Numbered from the stretch's first letter, positions 1 through 8,992 are shown. The stretch: DNA of 39,229 bases from an uncultured Halobacteriales archaeon (GCA_964404815.1 CAYOLR010000002.1:1-39229); one strand, 5' to 3'. Notes: a model not told the origin generated them from the sequence alone. Numbers and translations: made by a program.

Positions 1-653
1 CCGTCTACGACGTGACGATCGAGGTCAAGGTCCCGCAGGGACTCATGGAGGAAGACCTGGCGAGGCCGGTCATCTCGGTCAAGAACTTCGAAACGGGCAA
101 GCCCGAGTACGAGATCTATCTCTTCAGCCGGCAGGTCGTCACCGTACCGGTCACCGAGCAGGAGGAACTGGAGAGCGGGGTCGACCGGTTGGCACGACAG
201 GAAGTCGAACGCGAGATCCGCTCGATCGCCCGCGGCCACGTCGATGTCGAGATCCAGGGGCGGGACCGAGCGATCGTCTACGTTGACGAGGACGACATCT
301 CCACCGTCATCGGCAAGGGTGGCGGCCGGATCGACGACGTCGAGAACCGGCTCGGAATCGATATCGACGTCCGAACCCACGCCGAGCGCCCGGAGCCAGC
401 CACGGCGACGGGCGGGGACGGCGGTTCCGCTGCCGGCGAATCGGTCACCCCCGACGTGACGGGCCAGCACATCATCATCCCCGTTGACGGTCACGCCGGC
501 GAAACGGTCGAGGTACAGGCCGATGGGGAGTACCTGTTCACCGCGACCGTCGGCCGTGGCGGGGAGATCCAGGTCTCCAGGGGCAGCGCTATCGCCGCGG
601 AACTCGAAGACGCGATCGATCGCCGACAACGGATAACGGTCGTCCCGGCTTGA
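1..653 (+). CDS. PIN/PilT-type ATPase with C-terminal KH domain, 3' portion (5' end outside window)
   Basis: The frame is open to the window edge (codons run from nt 3), so the track's GTG at 12 is internal. KH-type GXXG loop 'VIGKGGGRIDDVENRLGI'. Acidic composition and high GC3. Confidence 0.7.
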   Translation, partial: VYDVTIEVKVPQGLMEEDLARPVISVKNFETGKPEYEIYLFSRQVVTVPVTEQEELESGVDRLARQEVEREIRSIARGHVDVEIQGRDRAIVYVDEDDISTVIGKGGGRIDDVENRLGIDIDVRTHAERPEPATATGGDGGSAAGESVTPDVTGQHIIIPVDGHAGETVEVQADGEYLFTATVGRGGEIQVSRGSAIAAELEDAIDRRQRITVVPA

Positions 654-655
654 GG

Positions 656-907
656 CTATTCCGCCGGACGGGCATCGGCAGGCTCGACGGAGAGTTCGTA
701 GAGGTTCTGCCGGGCGTCGGCGAAGTAGACGTCCTCGGACACGGCGCCGATATCCTCCAGCCGCTCGAGGGCGTAACGGACCGTCCGCGGGGAGAGCATG
801 GACTCCTCGACGATCTGCTTTTGGGTCAGACCCCCGTTGTACTCCAGGACCTTGAAGACGAGTTTGGCGCTGGGGGGCAGATCGGCCAGGGCTTCGTCCT
901 GAGACAT
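656..907 (-). CDS. Small winged-helix (MarR/TrmB-like) transcriptional regulator
   Basis: HTH segment 'LTQKQIVEESMLSPRTVRYALERLEDIGAV'. ATG at 907 is preferred over GTG at 922 because a TATA-like 'GCTTTAT' (minus strand, about 938-946) would place the transcript start between the two. Confidence 0.75.
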   Translation of the reverse strand: MSQDEALADLPPSAKLVFKVLEYNGGLTQKQIVEESMLSPRTVRYALERLEDIGAVSEDVYFADARQNLYELSVEPADARPAE

Positions 908-1025
908 CGGTTCTAGTGGCACACGTCCCGGAGCATAAAGCTACGGGGAATCCCACCGACGTACCGGCTGACGGCGTTACGTCGGGAACGAACCGCTTTT
1001 CACCGCGGCTCGCGGAAACGCCGGT

Positions 1026-1331
1026 ATGGCCACGGAGACGGTGGACCGGAAAGCCGCCCACCGACGCAGCCTCAAGGTCACCGCCGTCGCCACGCTCGGG
1101 GGTGTGGCGGCAGGGGTGGTCACGCCGATGGTGGCGAGCAGCGCCACCGACCAGCTCGGGCTCGCGGTGTTCCTCGGAGCCGTCCTCGTTGAGCAGTTAG
1201 TCATGCGCCTGCTCGGGGTGGCGGTCGAGGACTTCTCCACGAAGGACCACCTCTACGTCGCGTTCATGACCTTCTCCCTCTGGTTCGTCACCTGGACGAT
1301 CCTCCTCACCACCGGTACCTCGATCCTGTAA
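1026..1331 (+). CDS. Small multi-TM membrane protein (possibly the haloarchaeal EMC6-like membrane protein family; recollection only)
   Basis: 101 aa with 2-3 hydrophobic helices and high GC3. T-rich element 'GCTTTTCACC' lies about 30 nt upstream. Its stop TAA shares one nt with the ABCE1 ATG (TAATG at 1329-1333). Confidence 0.6.
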   Translation: MATETVDRKAAHRRSLKVTAVATLGGVAAGVVTPMVASSATDQLGLAVFLGAVLVEQLVMRLLGVAVEDFSTKDHLYVAFMTFSLWFVTWTILLTTGTSIL

Positions 1332-3160
1332 TGGCCGACGACAGTATCGCGGTCGTCGATCTCGACCGCTGTCAACCCGACCGCTGCAATTACGAGTGCG
1401 CGAACTTCTGCCCGCCAAACCGGACGGGCAAGGAGTGCATAATCACTCGTGAGGAAGCCTACGAGGAGGACGAACCCTTTGCCGGCAAACCGGATCAGAT
1501 CGTCATCTCCGAAGAGATCTGTCTCGGCGAAACCTGCGGCATCTGCGTCGAGAAGTGCCCGTTCGATGCGATCGAGATCCTCAACCTCCCAACCGAACTC
1601 GACGATGCACCGGCCCATCGCTACGGAGAGAACACGTTCGCACTGTACGGCTTACCCGTCCCCCGCGAGGGGCGGGTGACGGGCTTGCTCGGGCCCAACG
1701 GCATCGGAAAATCGACTGCGGTCAAGGCGTTAGCCGGCGAGTTCCGACCCAACCTCGGTCGCTGGGACGAGCCGCCGGACTGGGACGAGATCCTCGACGA
1801 GTACCGCGGCACCGAACTCCAGGACTACCTCGAGGCACTCCGGGAAGGGGACCTGTCGGTCGCCAGAAAACCACAGTACGTCGACCAGATCCCGAAACAG
1901 TTCGAGGGGAATACCCGCGAGCTCCTCGAACAGGCCGACGAGCGGGACGCCGTCGAACACCTCGCCGGGCGGCTCGATGTGACGAACGTCCTCGATCAGG
2001 ACATCGAGACGTTGTCGGGCGGCGAGCTCCAGCGGGTGGCGTTGATCGCCGCCCTCGCCCGGGACGCCGACTTCTACTTCCTCGACGAGATCACCCCCTA
2101 CCTCGACATCAGTCAGCGGGTCGCCACCGCCCGCCTCATCCGTGAGCTCGCCGAGGAGGGCGAACGTTCCATGCTGGTGGTCGAACACGACCTGGCGATC
2201 CTCGACCTGCTCGCCGACACCATCCACGTCGCCTACGGAGAGCCTGGGGCGTTCGGGGTCGTGACGGACCCGAAGTCGACCCGCAATGGGATCAACGAGT
2301 ACCTCGCCGGTTACCTGCAGAACGAGAACATGCGGATCCGCCCGGAGGCGATCGAGTTCGAACGACATGCCCCCCGGCCAGTAACGGGCGGCCGGACGCT
2401 CGTGGAGTACCCGGATATCGTCAAGTCCTACGGCGAGGACGAATTCTCCCTCGAAGTCGAGGCGGGCGAGATCCGCGAGGATGAGGTGTTGGGGGTCGTC
2501 GGGCCCAACGGCATCGGGAAATCGACCTTTGCCGAACTCCTCGCCGGGGTTACCGAGTCCGACGAGGGTGATCTGGAGCTCGACCTCGAGATCGCCTACA
2601 AGCCCCAGTATATCGAGATCGATCAACCGATGCGGGTCGACGCCTTCTTCGCATCGATCACGAACGATTTCGGCTCCTCGTACTGGCAAACGGAGATCGC
2701 GGAACCGCTCCAGCTCGATCGGCTGATGGAACAGGACCTGACCGATCTTTCCGGCGGGGAACGGCAGCGGGTAGCGATCGCGGCGGCCCTTTCCGAACCC
2801 GCAGACCTCTACCTCCTGGACGAACCGTCGGCACATCTCGACGTCGAACAACGCGTCCGGGCGACACGGGCGATCAGGCGGTATGCCGAAAACGAAGGGG
2901 CGACCGTGCTCGTTATCGACCACGACATCTACATGATGGACCTCCTGGCCGACCGGCTGCTCGTTTTCGACGGCCAGCCAGGGGTGCTCGGCCACGCCAG
3001 TCAGCCCACCCAGATGCGAGCGGGCATGAACGAATTCCTCGCCAACCTCGATGTGACGTTCCGGCGGGACGAGCGGACGGGGCGACCGCGCGTCAACAAG
3101 CCGGGGAGCCAGAAGGACCGCGAGCAGAAACGCGAGGGCGAGTACTACTATACGGCGTGA
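1331..3160 (+). CDS. abce1: ABCE1 / RNase L inhibitor-type ribosome-recycling ATPase
   Basis: N-terminal double 4Fe-4S Cys clusters ('CQPDRCNYECANFCP', 'CLGETCGICVEKCP'). Two ABC modules with Walker A 'GPNGIGKST' twice and signatures 'LSGGELQRV' and 'LSGGERQRV'. 609 aa. Confidence 0.95.
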   Translation: MADDSIAVVDLDRCQPDRCNYECANFCPPNRTGKECIITREEAYEEDEPFAGKPDQIVISEEICLGETCGICVEKCPFDAIEILNLPTELDDAPAHRYGENTFALYGLPVPREGRVTGLLGPNGIGKSTAVKALAGEFRPNLGRWDEPPDWDEILDEYRGTELQDYLEALREGDLSVARKPQYVDQIPKQFEGNTRELLEQADERDAVEHLAGRLDVTNVLDQDIETLSGGELQRVALIAALARDADFYFLDEITPYLDISQRVATARLIRELAEEGERSMLVVEHDLAILDLLADTIHVAYGEPGAFGVVTDPKSTRNGINEYLAGYLQNENMRIRPEAIEFERHAPRPVTGGRTLVEYPDIVKSYGEDEFSLEVEAGEIREDEVLGVVGPNGIGKSTFAELLAGVTESDEGDLELDLEIAYKPQYIEIDQPMRVDAFFASITNDFGSSYWQTEIAEPLQLDRLMEQDLTDLSGGERQRVAIAAALSEPADLYLLDEPSAHLDVEQRVRATRAIRRYAENEGATVLVIDHDIYMMDLLADRLLVFDGQPGVLGHASQPTQMRAGMNEFLANLDVTFRRDERTGRPRVNKPGSQKDREQKREGEYYYTA

Positions 3161-3167
3161 GACACGA

Positions 3168-4040
3168 CTACCCCTTCGCCGTCCGGCGCCAGAGTTCGGC
3201 CAACGTTGGCCGACGGCGCCAGTAGCGATACCCCCATCCGGCGATCACGACACCGAACACGAACCCCGCGGAATGGGCGAAAATGTTGGTGAACCGTCCG
3301 CCGACGATGAGGTCAGGGGGGAACATACCGACGACCAGCACGCCGAGGACGACCACCATCCAGAGTACGACGAGTCCGGTACCCGCGACCGAGCGCCACC
3401 CCTCCCATGTCGAGGGCCGGCCATGCTGCCACCACCGGAGGCCGATCCCGACGATGGCCAACCCAACGCCTACCAGCACGGCAGCGGTGGCCACGTAGGG
3501 GAAACCGTCCGCGTAGATCAACAGTATCTCCCACAACAACAGGAGTAAGACGCTCAAACCGACGAACGTGGCGGTCCGTGGGTCGGTCCGGTCGTTGATG
3601 AAGATCAAGAGGGCCACGTATGCCAGCCCCCCGAAACCAGCGCTGACCCCGGAGAACCCCCGCATGGGCGCGACCCATCCACCGATGACTGCGTTCATCA
3701 TGTGGATCGACGTCCAGTTTACCAAAACCGGAAGCCCGAGGACGAGCGAGGCAGTCGCGACCCAGAACCACCGCCGTTCGCCGATGAGGAGGCAGAGGAG
3801 GTAGGCGTAGCCGGCACCGATGACGAACGCCGCCAGGTTCCCCAGCAGGTGATCGAGGCCGAGGTGGAAGAAGGCCGCCGAGAACAGGGTTAAGGCCGTG
3901 GCCGCCCCCGGCCGGAGGACGAACTGCTCCTCTATACCCGGGGGGACCAGGAAATGGATCACAGCGAGGAAAACGGGGACGCTGGCGAGTAACAGCAGGT
4001 CGACCCCGACCTCGCGGGGGGACCGGTCGATCGACGCCAT
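3168..4040 (-). CDS. Rhomboid-family intramembrane serine protease
   Basis: Polytopic membrane protein with rhomboid motifs 'FFHLGLDHLLGN' (HxxxN), 'GFSGVSAGFGG' (GxSG catalytic Ser) and 'FAHSAGFVFG' (catalytic His helix). Start trimmed to ATG 4040 ('MASIDRS'), which has a T-rich element about 30 nt upstream. The track start is 4076. Confidence 0.8.
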   Translation of the reverse strand: MASIDRSPREVGVDLLLLASVPVFLAVIHFLVPPGIEEQFVLRPGAATALTLFSAAFFHLGLDHLLGNLAAFVIGAGYAYLLCLLIGERRWFWVATASLVLGLPVLVNWTSIHMMNAVIGGWVAPMRGFSGVSAGFGGLAYVALLIFINDRTDPRTATFVGLSVLLLLLWEILLIYADGFPYVATAAVLVGVGLAIVGIGLRWWQHGRPSTWEGWRSVAGTGLVVLWMVVVLGVLVVGMFPPDLIVGGRFTNIFAHSAGFVFGVVIAGWGYRYWRRRPTLAELWRRTAKG

Positions 4041-4128
4041 TGCCGGGGAGGGGAACGCCGAACGGGAAAAACCCACCCCCGATCGACCGGCAGACGAGCG
4101 TCTGACGTAGCTTCATGTGTACGGATTC

Positions 4129-4136
4129 TATATTTT
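4129..4136 (+). promoter_or_regulatory. TATA box candidate 'TATATTTT'
   Basis: The strongest AT-rich element in the 4041-4164 gap. It sits about 29-36 nt upstream of ATG 4165. Confidence 0.4.
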
Positions 4137-4164
4137 CGGATGGGCACCCATGCGAGTCCAACCG

Positions 4165-4347
4165 ATGGGCGTCGTCCTCGCCTGCATGACGGTCATGGCC
4201 GCCTCGCTCCTAGTGATCGTCTTCGCGATCGGCCTCGCGGGCGGCCGTTCCGCCGGGGGGCCCCTTGTCGTGATCGCTGCCATCGCCGCCCTCACCGCTG
4301 CCGCTTTCGATCCGTTCCGACGGATCGCCCGCCAGTCTTCCCCATGA
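4165..4347 (+). CDS. Hypothetical small two-TM membrane protein
   Basis: Hydrophobic 60-aa ORF downstream of the strong TATA 'TATATTTT' (4129-4136). ATG 4165 fits a leaderless start best. Alternative in-frame starts are 4150 and 4117. No family recognised. Confidence 0.3.
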   Translation: MGVVLACMTVMAASLLVIVFAIGLAGGRSAGGPLVVIAAIAALTAAAFDPFRRIARQSSP

Positions 4348-4390
4348 AGCGTTAAATCGGCCAGCAGACTTTTTATCATCACGATCGTTC

Positions 4391-5803
4391 ATGCAGGTAG
4401 GGATGGCGGGTTCCCAACCGGTTAGAGTGTTAAGTGTCGGAGACCGGATCGATCCCAACGCGATCGCGCGGGACGGGATCGAGGTCACAGCGGAAGCCAG
4501 CCTCGACGCGGCCAGGCACCGGCTCGAGGCCGATCACGGGTCGGTCGATTGCCTGCTCAGTGAAGTTTCGTCCGGAAACGGTGAATCGCTCGACAGCCTT
4601 GAGTCGATTAGTCGGGCCTATCCCGACCTCTCGATCGTGCTCGTCGATGGGGAAGCGGACGCGGCGGAAGGGGTACTTTCGAGCGAATCGACGACGATTG
4701 TGGATTCGGCGAATTGTCCGGCAGCAATCGTCGAAGCGATCAAATCGGAGACGGATCCCAACCGTGCCGATCAGCTGGGCGTGTCGCCGATGAGCCATCT
4801 CGATGCGATCTCGGACGGGTTCTTCGTCCTGGATGATGAGTGGCGGTTCACGTACATCAACCCCGAGGGGCAGCGACTGATCGAACGCGATGCGGATGAA
4901 ATCCTCGGCGAGATTGTTTGGGAGGAATTCGAAGAGGCCGTCGATCTCGCCTTCTACTCCGAACTCAAACGGGCGATGGAAACCCAGGAATCGGTCCGGT
5001 TCGAAGATTACTATCCGCCCCTCGACACCTGGTTCGAGGTCCACGGCTATCCGACGCCGAACGGGCTAGCGGTTTACTTCATCGACATCTCCCAACGGAA
5101 ATCCCTCGAGCGGGCACTGCTGGCCGGTGGCGGGGTCGAGCTTGAATTCGAGATCGATGGCGCCGACATCGACATCGTGGAGTTCGCCAGGCGGATTGAC
5201 GGCTGGTTCCGGTTGGAGGGTATCATCCCCCACATGGGCCGGTCGGGCACCGCCTACGGGACGGTCGGGGATGCCGAAGTCGAGACCGTGATGGCCGTCG
5301 CCGAAGAAATGGATGTGATCGCTAACGCGCGACTGATCGAGACGCATGACCAGGGCATGCTCTTCGAGTTAACCCTCAACGACCTCGGATTCGCCAGAGG
5401 GCTCGCCAAACACAGTGCCACCCTGAAAGGGCTCAACGTGACGGGGGAGGGCGGCCGGATGATCGTCAACCTCCCGCATTCGACTGACGTCAGGGACTTC
5501 GTCGAAACCCTCAAGGGAAACCGGCCGGGAATCACCCTGATCGCCCAACGTAACGATCCCAAGATCATCGGCCGGGGATCTAATCGGCCCCTCCAGGAGG
5601 CTCTCACGGATCGACAGGTAGAGGTCCTGGAGATGGCGTTCGCCAGCGGGTATTTCGACTGGCCCCGGGAGATCACCGGTGAGGAACTCGCCGACAGCCT
5701 CGGGATCGCCCCACCCACGCTGCATCAACACCTCAGAAAAGGCCTTTCGCACGTGTTGGAGACGGTGTTAGCGACGAGGGGGGAATCCTCACCGGGGGAG
5801 TGA
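4391..5803 (+). CDS. Bat-type (bacterio-opsin activator-like) transcriptional regulator: receiver-like N-terminus, PAS, BAT domain, HTH_10
   Basis: PAS 'ISDGFFVLDDEWRFTYINPEGQRLIE...FIDISQRK'. C-terminal HTH_10 'LTDRQVEVLEMAFASGYFDWPREITGEELADSLGIAPPTLHQHLRKG'. The TATA-like 'CTTTTTATCA' near 4367-4376 favours ATG 4403 ('MAGSQ') as an alternative start. Confidence 0.85.
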   Translation: MQVGMAGSQPVRVLSVGDRIDPNAIARDGIEVTAEASLDAARHRLEADHGSVDCLLSEVSSGNGESLDSLESISRAYPDLSIVLVDGEADAAEGVLSSESTTIVDSANCPAAIVEAIKSETDPNRADQLGVSPMSHLDAISDGFFVLDDEWRFTYINPEGQRLIERDADEILGEIVWEEFEEAVDLAFYSELKRAMETQESVRFEDYYPPLDTWFEVHGYPTPNGLAVYFIDISQRKSLERALLAGGGVELEFEIDGADIDIVEFARRIDGWFRLEGIIPHMGRSGTAYGTVGDAEVETVMAVAEEMDVIANARLIETHDQGMLFELTLNDLGFARGLAKHSATLKGLNVTGEGGRMIVNLPHSTDVRDFVETLKGNRPGITLIAQRNDPKIIGRGSNRPLQEALTDRQVEVLEMAFASGYFDWPREITGEELADSLGIAPPTLHQHLRKGLSHVLETVLATRGESSPGE

Positions 5804-5917
5804 GCGGGTCCTCCAGACCGCCCAGTGCGTTGAGTCACGGTCGAACTGAAATGGGAGAGGTTCCCACCGGGCGACGGTGTATTGGAGATCGCGGTCGTCC
5901 CCCGTGAGTAACGGCGA

Positions 5918-5923
5918 TTTATT
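5918..5923 (+). promoter_or_regulatory. TATA box candidate 'TTTATT' for the amidase gene (leaderless)
   Basis: Centred 27 nt upstream of ATG 5948. Confidence 0.4.
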
Positions 5924-5947
5924 GTCCAGCGCGGCCGACCTCCGGCC

Positions 5948-7243
5948 ATGATCACCGAAGCGGCGCTGGGCGGTGCAGCCGAACAGCTCCGGACCGGCGA
6001 TCTCTCGCCGGCGACGTACCTCGATCAGGTGCGGGATCGTATCGAGTCTGGTGAACCCGAGATCCACGCCTTCGTCGACGATCCCGACTGGGACCTGCTC
6101 GAGGGACAGGTCGCGTCGCTGACGGAGCGCTTTCCCGAGCCGGCCACCCGACCGCCGCTGTTCGGAGTCCCGGTAGGTGTCAAGGATATCTTCCACGTGG
6201 ACGGGTATCCGACCCGAGCCGGGACGTCGATTCCCCCGCCCGCGTTCGAGGGCCCGGAGGCAGATGCCGTTAGCCGATTACGGAGCGCCGGAGCGGTGGT
6301 TCTGGGGAAAACAGTTACGACCGAGTTCGCCTACATGGATCCCGGTCCGACGCGGAACCCACATGACACCGACCACACCCCTGGCGGCTCGTCCAGCGGG
6401 TCGGCCGCCGCCGTATCGGCCGGGTTCTGTCCGCTCGCCATCGGTTCACAGACGATCGGTTCGGTGATCCGGCCGGCGGCGTTCTGCGGGATTGTCGGGT
6501 TCAAACCGTCCTACGGGCGGATCCCGATCGGTGGTGTGATCCCCCTGGCGGAATCGGTCGATCACGTCGGAATGTTCACCCAGGACGTCGAGGGGATGCA
6601 GACCGCCGCGCCGGTCGTCTGTGACGACTGGCGATCGCTTCCCCGACCGAGACGGGACCCACGGCTCGGCGTTCCGGCGGGACCGTATCTGGACCAGGCA
6701 AGCACAGCCGGAAAACGGGCCTTCGAGGCCGCGGTGGAAACGCTCAAGGCCTACGGGTTCCAGGTCGAGCAGATCGCGATGTTCGACGATATCGACGAGA
6801 TTAACGACCGACACACGGACCTCGTGGCCGGCGAGGCCGCGCTCGCCCACCACCAGTGGTTCGAGGCGTATGGAGACGAGTACGCACCCGCCACTGCCGA
6901 ACTGATCAGGACTGGAAAGGGGATCACCATCGATCGGCTTTCCACGGTCCGGACAAGCCGATCCGACGTCCGCCAACGGCTTCACCAGGCCATGGACGAC
7001 CACGGGATCGATGTCTGGGTCAGCCCGGCCGCACCGGGACCGGCCCCGTCCGGGATCGGCGATACCGGCGACCCCGCCATGAATCTCCCGTGGACACACG
7101 CCGGCGTCCCCGCCCTGACCGTCCCCGCCGGGACGGCCGATGGCCTCCCGGTGGGCCTGCAATGTACGACCAGGTTCTGGGCGGACGAGCAGCTCTTAGC
7201 GTGGGGTGACGAAATCGTGGACGCGCTCGGGGATTTGACTTGA
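5948..7243 (+). CDS. Amidase-signature family amidase (GatA-like)
   Basis: Amidase signature 'GGSSSGSAAAVSAG' with upstream 'GVKDIF' (catalytic Lys region) and 'GSQTIGSVIRPAAFCG'. TATA-like 'TTTATT' (5918-5923) lies 27 nt before the ATG. Confidence 0.85.
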   Translation: MITEAALGGAAEQLRTGDLSPATYLDQVRDRIESGEPEIHAFVDDPDWDLLEGQVASLTERFPEPATRPPLFGVPVGVKDIFHVDGYPTRAGTSIPPPAFEGPEADAVSRLRSAGAVVLGKTVTTEFAYMDPGPTRNPHDTDHTPGGSSSGSAAAVSAGFCPLAIGSQTIGSVIRPAAFCGIVGFKPSYGRIPIGGVIPLAESVDHVGMFTQDVEGMQTAAPVVCDDWRSLPRPRRDPRLGVPAGPYLDQASTAGKRAFEAAVETLKAYGFQVEQIAMFDDIDEINDRHTDLVAGEAALAHHQWFEAYGDEYAPATAELIRTGKGITIDRLSTVRTSRSDVRQRLHQAMDDHGIDVWVSPAAPGPAPSGIGDTGDPAMNLPWTHAGVPALTVPAGTADGLPVGLQCTTRFWADEQLLAWGDEIVDALGDLT

Positions 7244-7255
7244 TCGAAGGGGAGG

Positions 7256-7882
7256 TTACCGGACCTGGATCCGCCACTCGCCGTCAGGACCGGGTTCGGC
7301 CACGGCGTCGAAGAGGCCCTTAACCGTGTTAACCGTTCGTTGGTCGACCGACGACGGGTCGAGATGGAAGTGGCCGAAAGCGTCCCCAGCTCGGATCCGG
7401 CCCGTGAAACCGTTCAAGAACCTGAACGCACGTTCGAGATCGACGTGCTGGAGGATTGGATTGAGAGAGTCGACACAGACGGCCAGCCGGTTATCGTCGT
7501 TCGCCCAGGCAGTTTGATACCGGCTTCTGGTCATCTCGAGCCCGATGAGGTCGGCCGGGCTCTCGATCGTCTGAATGGATAACGGATCGGCGGGGTCGCC
7601 GACGTTGTCCGCACCGGACCGCGTTTCCCCGGAGATATCGATGAAACCGAACCTGGCCGGAGGTTCGTCGCCGACGTGATGGTGCCACGACTCGACCCGG
7701 TCGTCGGGCGTGCAGTTCGCGGTTATACAGAGCACGTTAGCCCTCGACGGCGGCGATGCGGCGAGCAGCTCGATACAGCCCGCCTCCGCTCGGGAGTCTC
7801 CCGGTTCGGCGATGAGGAGGAGGTTGGTACCCCCTTCGACATGGGATGACAGCATTGGCCCCGGGGCGTCGGCCGCGCTCAT
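7256..7882 (-). CDS. Conserved hypothetical protein, degenerate RecA/KaiC-like fold (no P-loop)
   Basis: 208 aa, acidic. Strand 'NLLLIAEPG' sits where a Walker A would follow, but there is no GKT/S. Walker-B-like 'LAVCVDSLNPIL'. TATA 'GTATATCATAT' (minus strand, about 7903-7913) lies 25 nt upstream of the ATG. Confidence 0.6.
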   Translation of the reverse strand: MSAADAPGPMLSSHVEGGTNLLLIAEPGDSRAEAGCIELLAASPPSRANVLCITANCTPDDRVESWHHHVGDEPPARFGFIDISGETRSGADNVGDPADPLSIQTIESPADLIGLEMTRSRYQTAWANDDNRLAVCVDSLNPILQHVDLERAFRFLNGFTGRIRAGDAFGHFHLDPSSVDQRTVNTVKGLFDAVAEPGPDGEWRIQVR

Positions 7883-7995
7883 CGAAACGTGAATCCGGCC
7901 GAGGATATGATATACCCTCGCTGCGAGTTATCACGATTGAAACCTTTCCGGTCGATTATACGGGATCGTGTTCGAGCGATTTTCGTGGGCTGGCG

Positions 7996-8007
7996 GTAAT
8001 TTATCGG
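7996..8007. repeat. AT-rich 12-mer GTAATTTATCGG, copy 1 of 2 (copy 2 at 35334-35345)
   Basis: Exact 12-nt identity between two non-coding gene-end regions. Confidence 0.3.
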
Positions 8008-8016
8008 ATCCGAGAA

Positions 8017-8541
8017 TCAGGGGAGGACCTTCCGTTGGCAGGTGCCACAGAGCGTCTCCTCCTTCCGATCCACCTCGCGGACCGTCGGGGAGAAGTTCAT
8101 CACACACCGGTGGTTATCGCAGTGTTCGAGCCCGAGCGTGTGTCCGATCTCGTGGACGACCTCCTTGCGGACGCGATCGGAGAATATCTCGCTCGCGGAC
8201 ATGTTCGAGAACCCACCATCCGACGACGTTTGGAGCCGGTACGTGGAGACGACGCTCGCCTTCCCGTCGAGGTAGGCCAGTCCGAAGACGTAGTTGCGTC
8301 GCCGGTAATAGAGGTCCTTCGTCGTAATGGCGATGTTTTTCTCGCCGTCGCCGACCCGGCTGGCGAGCTCGATGAACTCCTCGGCCCGGTACTGGTCCCG
8401 TGACTCATCGTACGCGCCACCGGGGATGGATTGTCCCTGGTGGACGGTTACGTCGGCTTCGAGAACGGACCTGAGCGCCCCGGAGGCCTCGCGCTTGACC
8501 GGCGCGGGGACCTCGCCGATCGGGACGACGTCGACCAGCAT
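8017..8541 (-). CDS. amzA: Archaemetzincin (zinc metalloprotease)
   Basis: 'HEIGHTLGLEHC' zinc site followed by 'CVM' and 'CGTC' cysteines. 174 aa, the typical length for AmzA. Confidence 0.9.
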   Translation of the reverse strand: MLVDVVPIGEVPAPVKREASGALRSVLEADVTVHQGQSIPGGAYDESRDQYRAEEFIELASRVGDGEKNIAITTKDLYYRRRNYVFGLAYLDGKASVVSTYRLQTSSDGGFSNMSASEIFSDRVRKEVVHEIGHTLGLEHCDNHRCVMNFSPTVREVDRKEETLCGTCQRKVLP

Positions 8542-8584
8542 GTAAACACCTATGCGACGGTGGTGCCATAAACGTCCCGCACCC

Positions 8585-8992
8585 GTGCGATCACACGACC
8601 GTCACGCTCTCGTCGACCGATTTCGGGACTACGAGTCGGTCGTCGAAATCGGGGTCGGTGAGCAGACGGACGTCGCCGCCGCCTTGGTCGACAACAACGT
8701 CGACGTGACAGCCACGGACATCGTCGTACGGTCGGTTCCGGAGGGGGTGACCTTCGTCCTGGATGACGTCACCGATCCTGAGCCGAGCGTCTACGAGCAC
8801 GCCGACCTGCTGTATGCGATCAACCTCCCTGGAGAACTCCAGCGGCCGATGGCCGACCTGGCGGCCACCCTTGGATTGCCCTGTGCGTTCACCACTTTCG
8901 GCACGGAGGGGCCGACCGTTGCCGCCGAGCCCGAGGCGATCGGCGGCGATACCCTCTACTGGGTTCGGCCCGATCCCCAGACCACCGGCTGA
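8585..8992 (+). CDS. UPF0146 family protein (Rossmann/methyltransferase-like)
   Basis: 'VVEIGVGEQTDVAAALVDNNVDVTATDI' and 'ADLLYAINLPGELQ' match my recollection of UPF0146. GTG 8585 is chosen by length and spacing. The track start ATG 8552 is the alternative. Confidence 0.7.
   Translation: MRSHDRHALVDRFRDYESVVEIGVGEQTDVAAALVDNNVDVTATDIVVRSVPEGVTFVLDDVTDPEPSVYEHADLLYAINLPGELQRPMADLAATLGLPCAFTTFGTEGPTVAAEPEAIGGDTLYWVRPDPQTTG

Noticed and set aside
12-14. GTG at 12 as the true start of the first ORF
   Set aside because: The frame is open to nt 3, and the sequence begins mid-domain, because the PIN/ATPase part of this family is missing. It is treated as a 5'-truncated CDS.
1730-2995. 421-aa minus-strand ORF
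   Set aside because: It is fully antisense to ABCE1, which is unambiguous. It has no motifs and an Arg/Gly/Pro/Val-rich composition.
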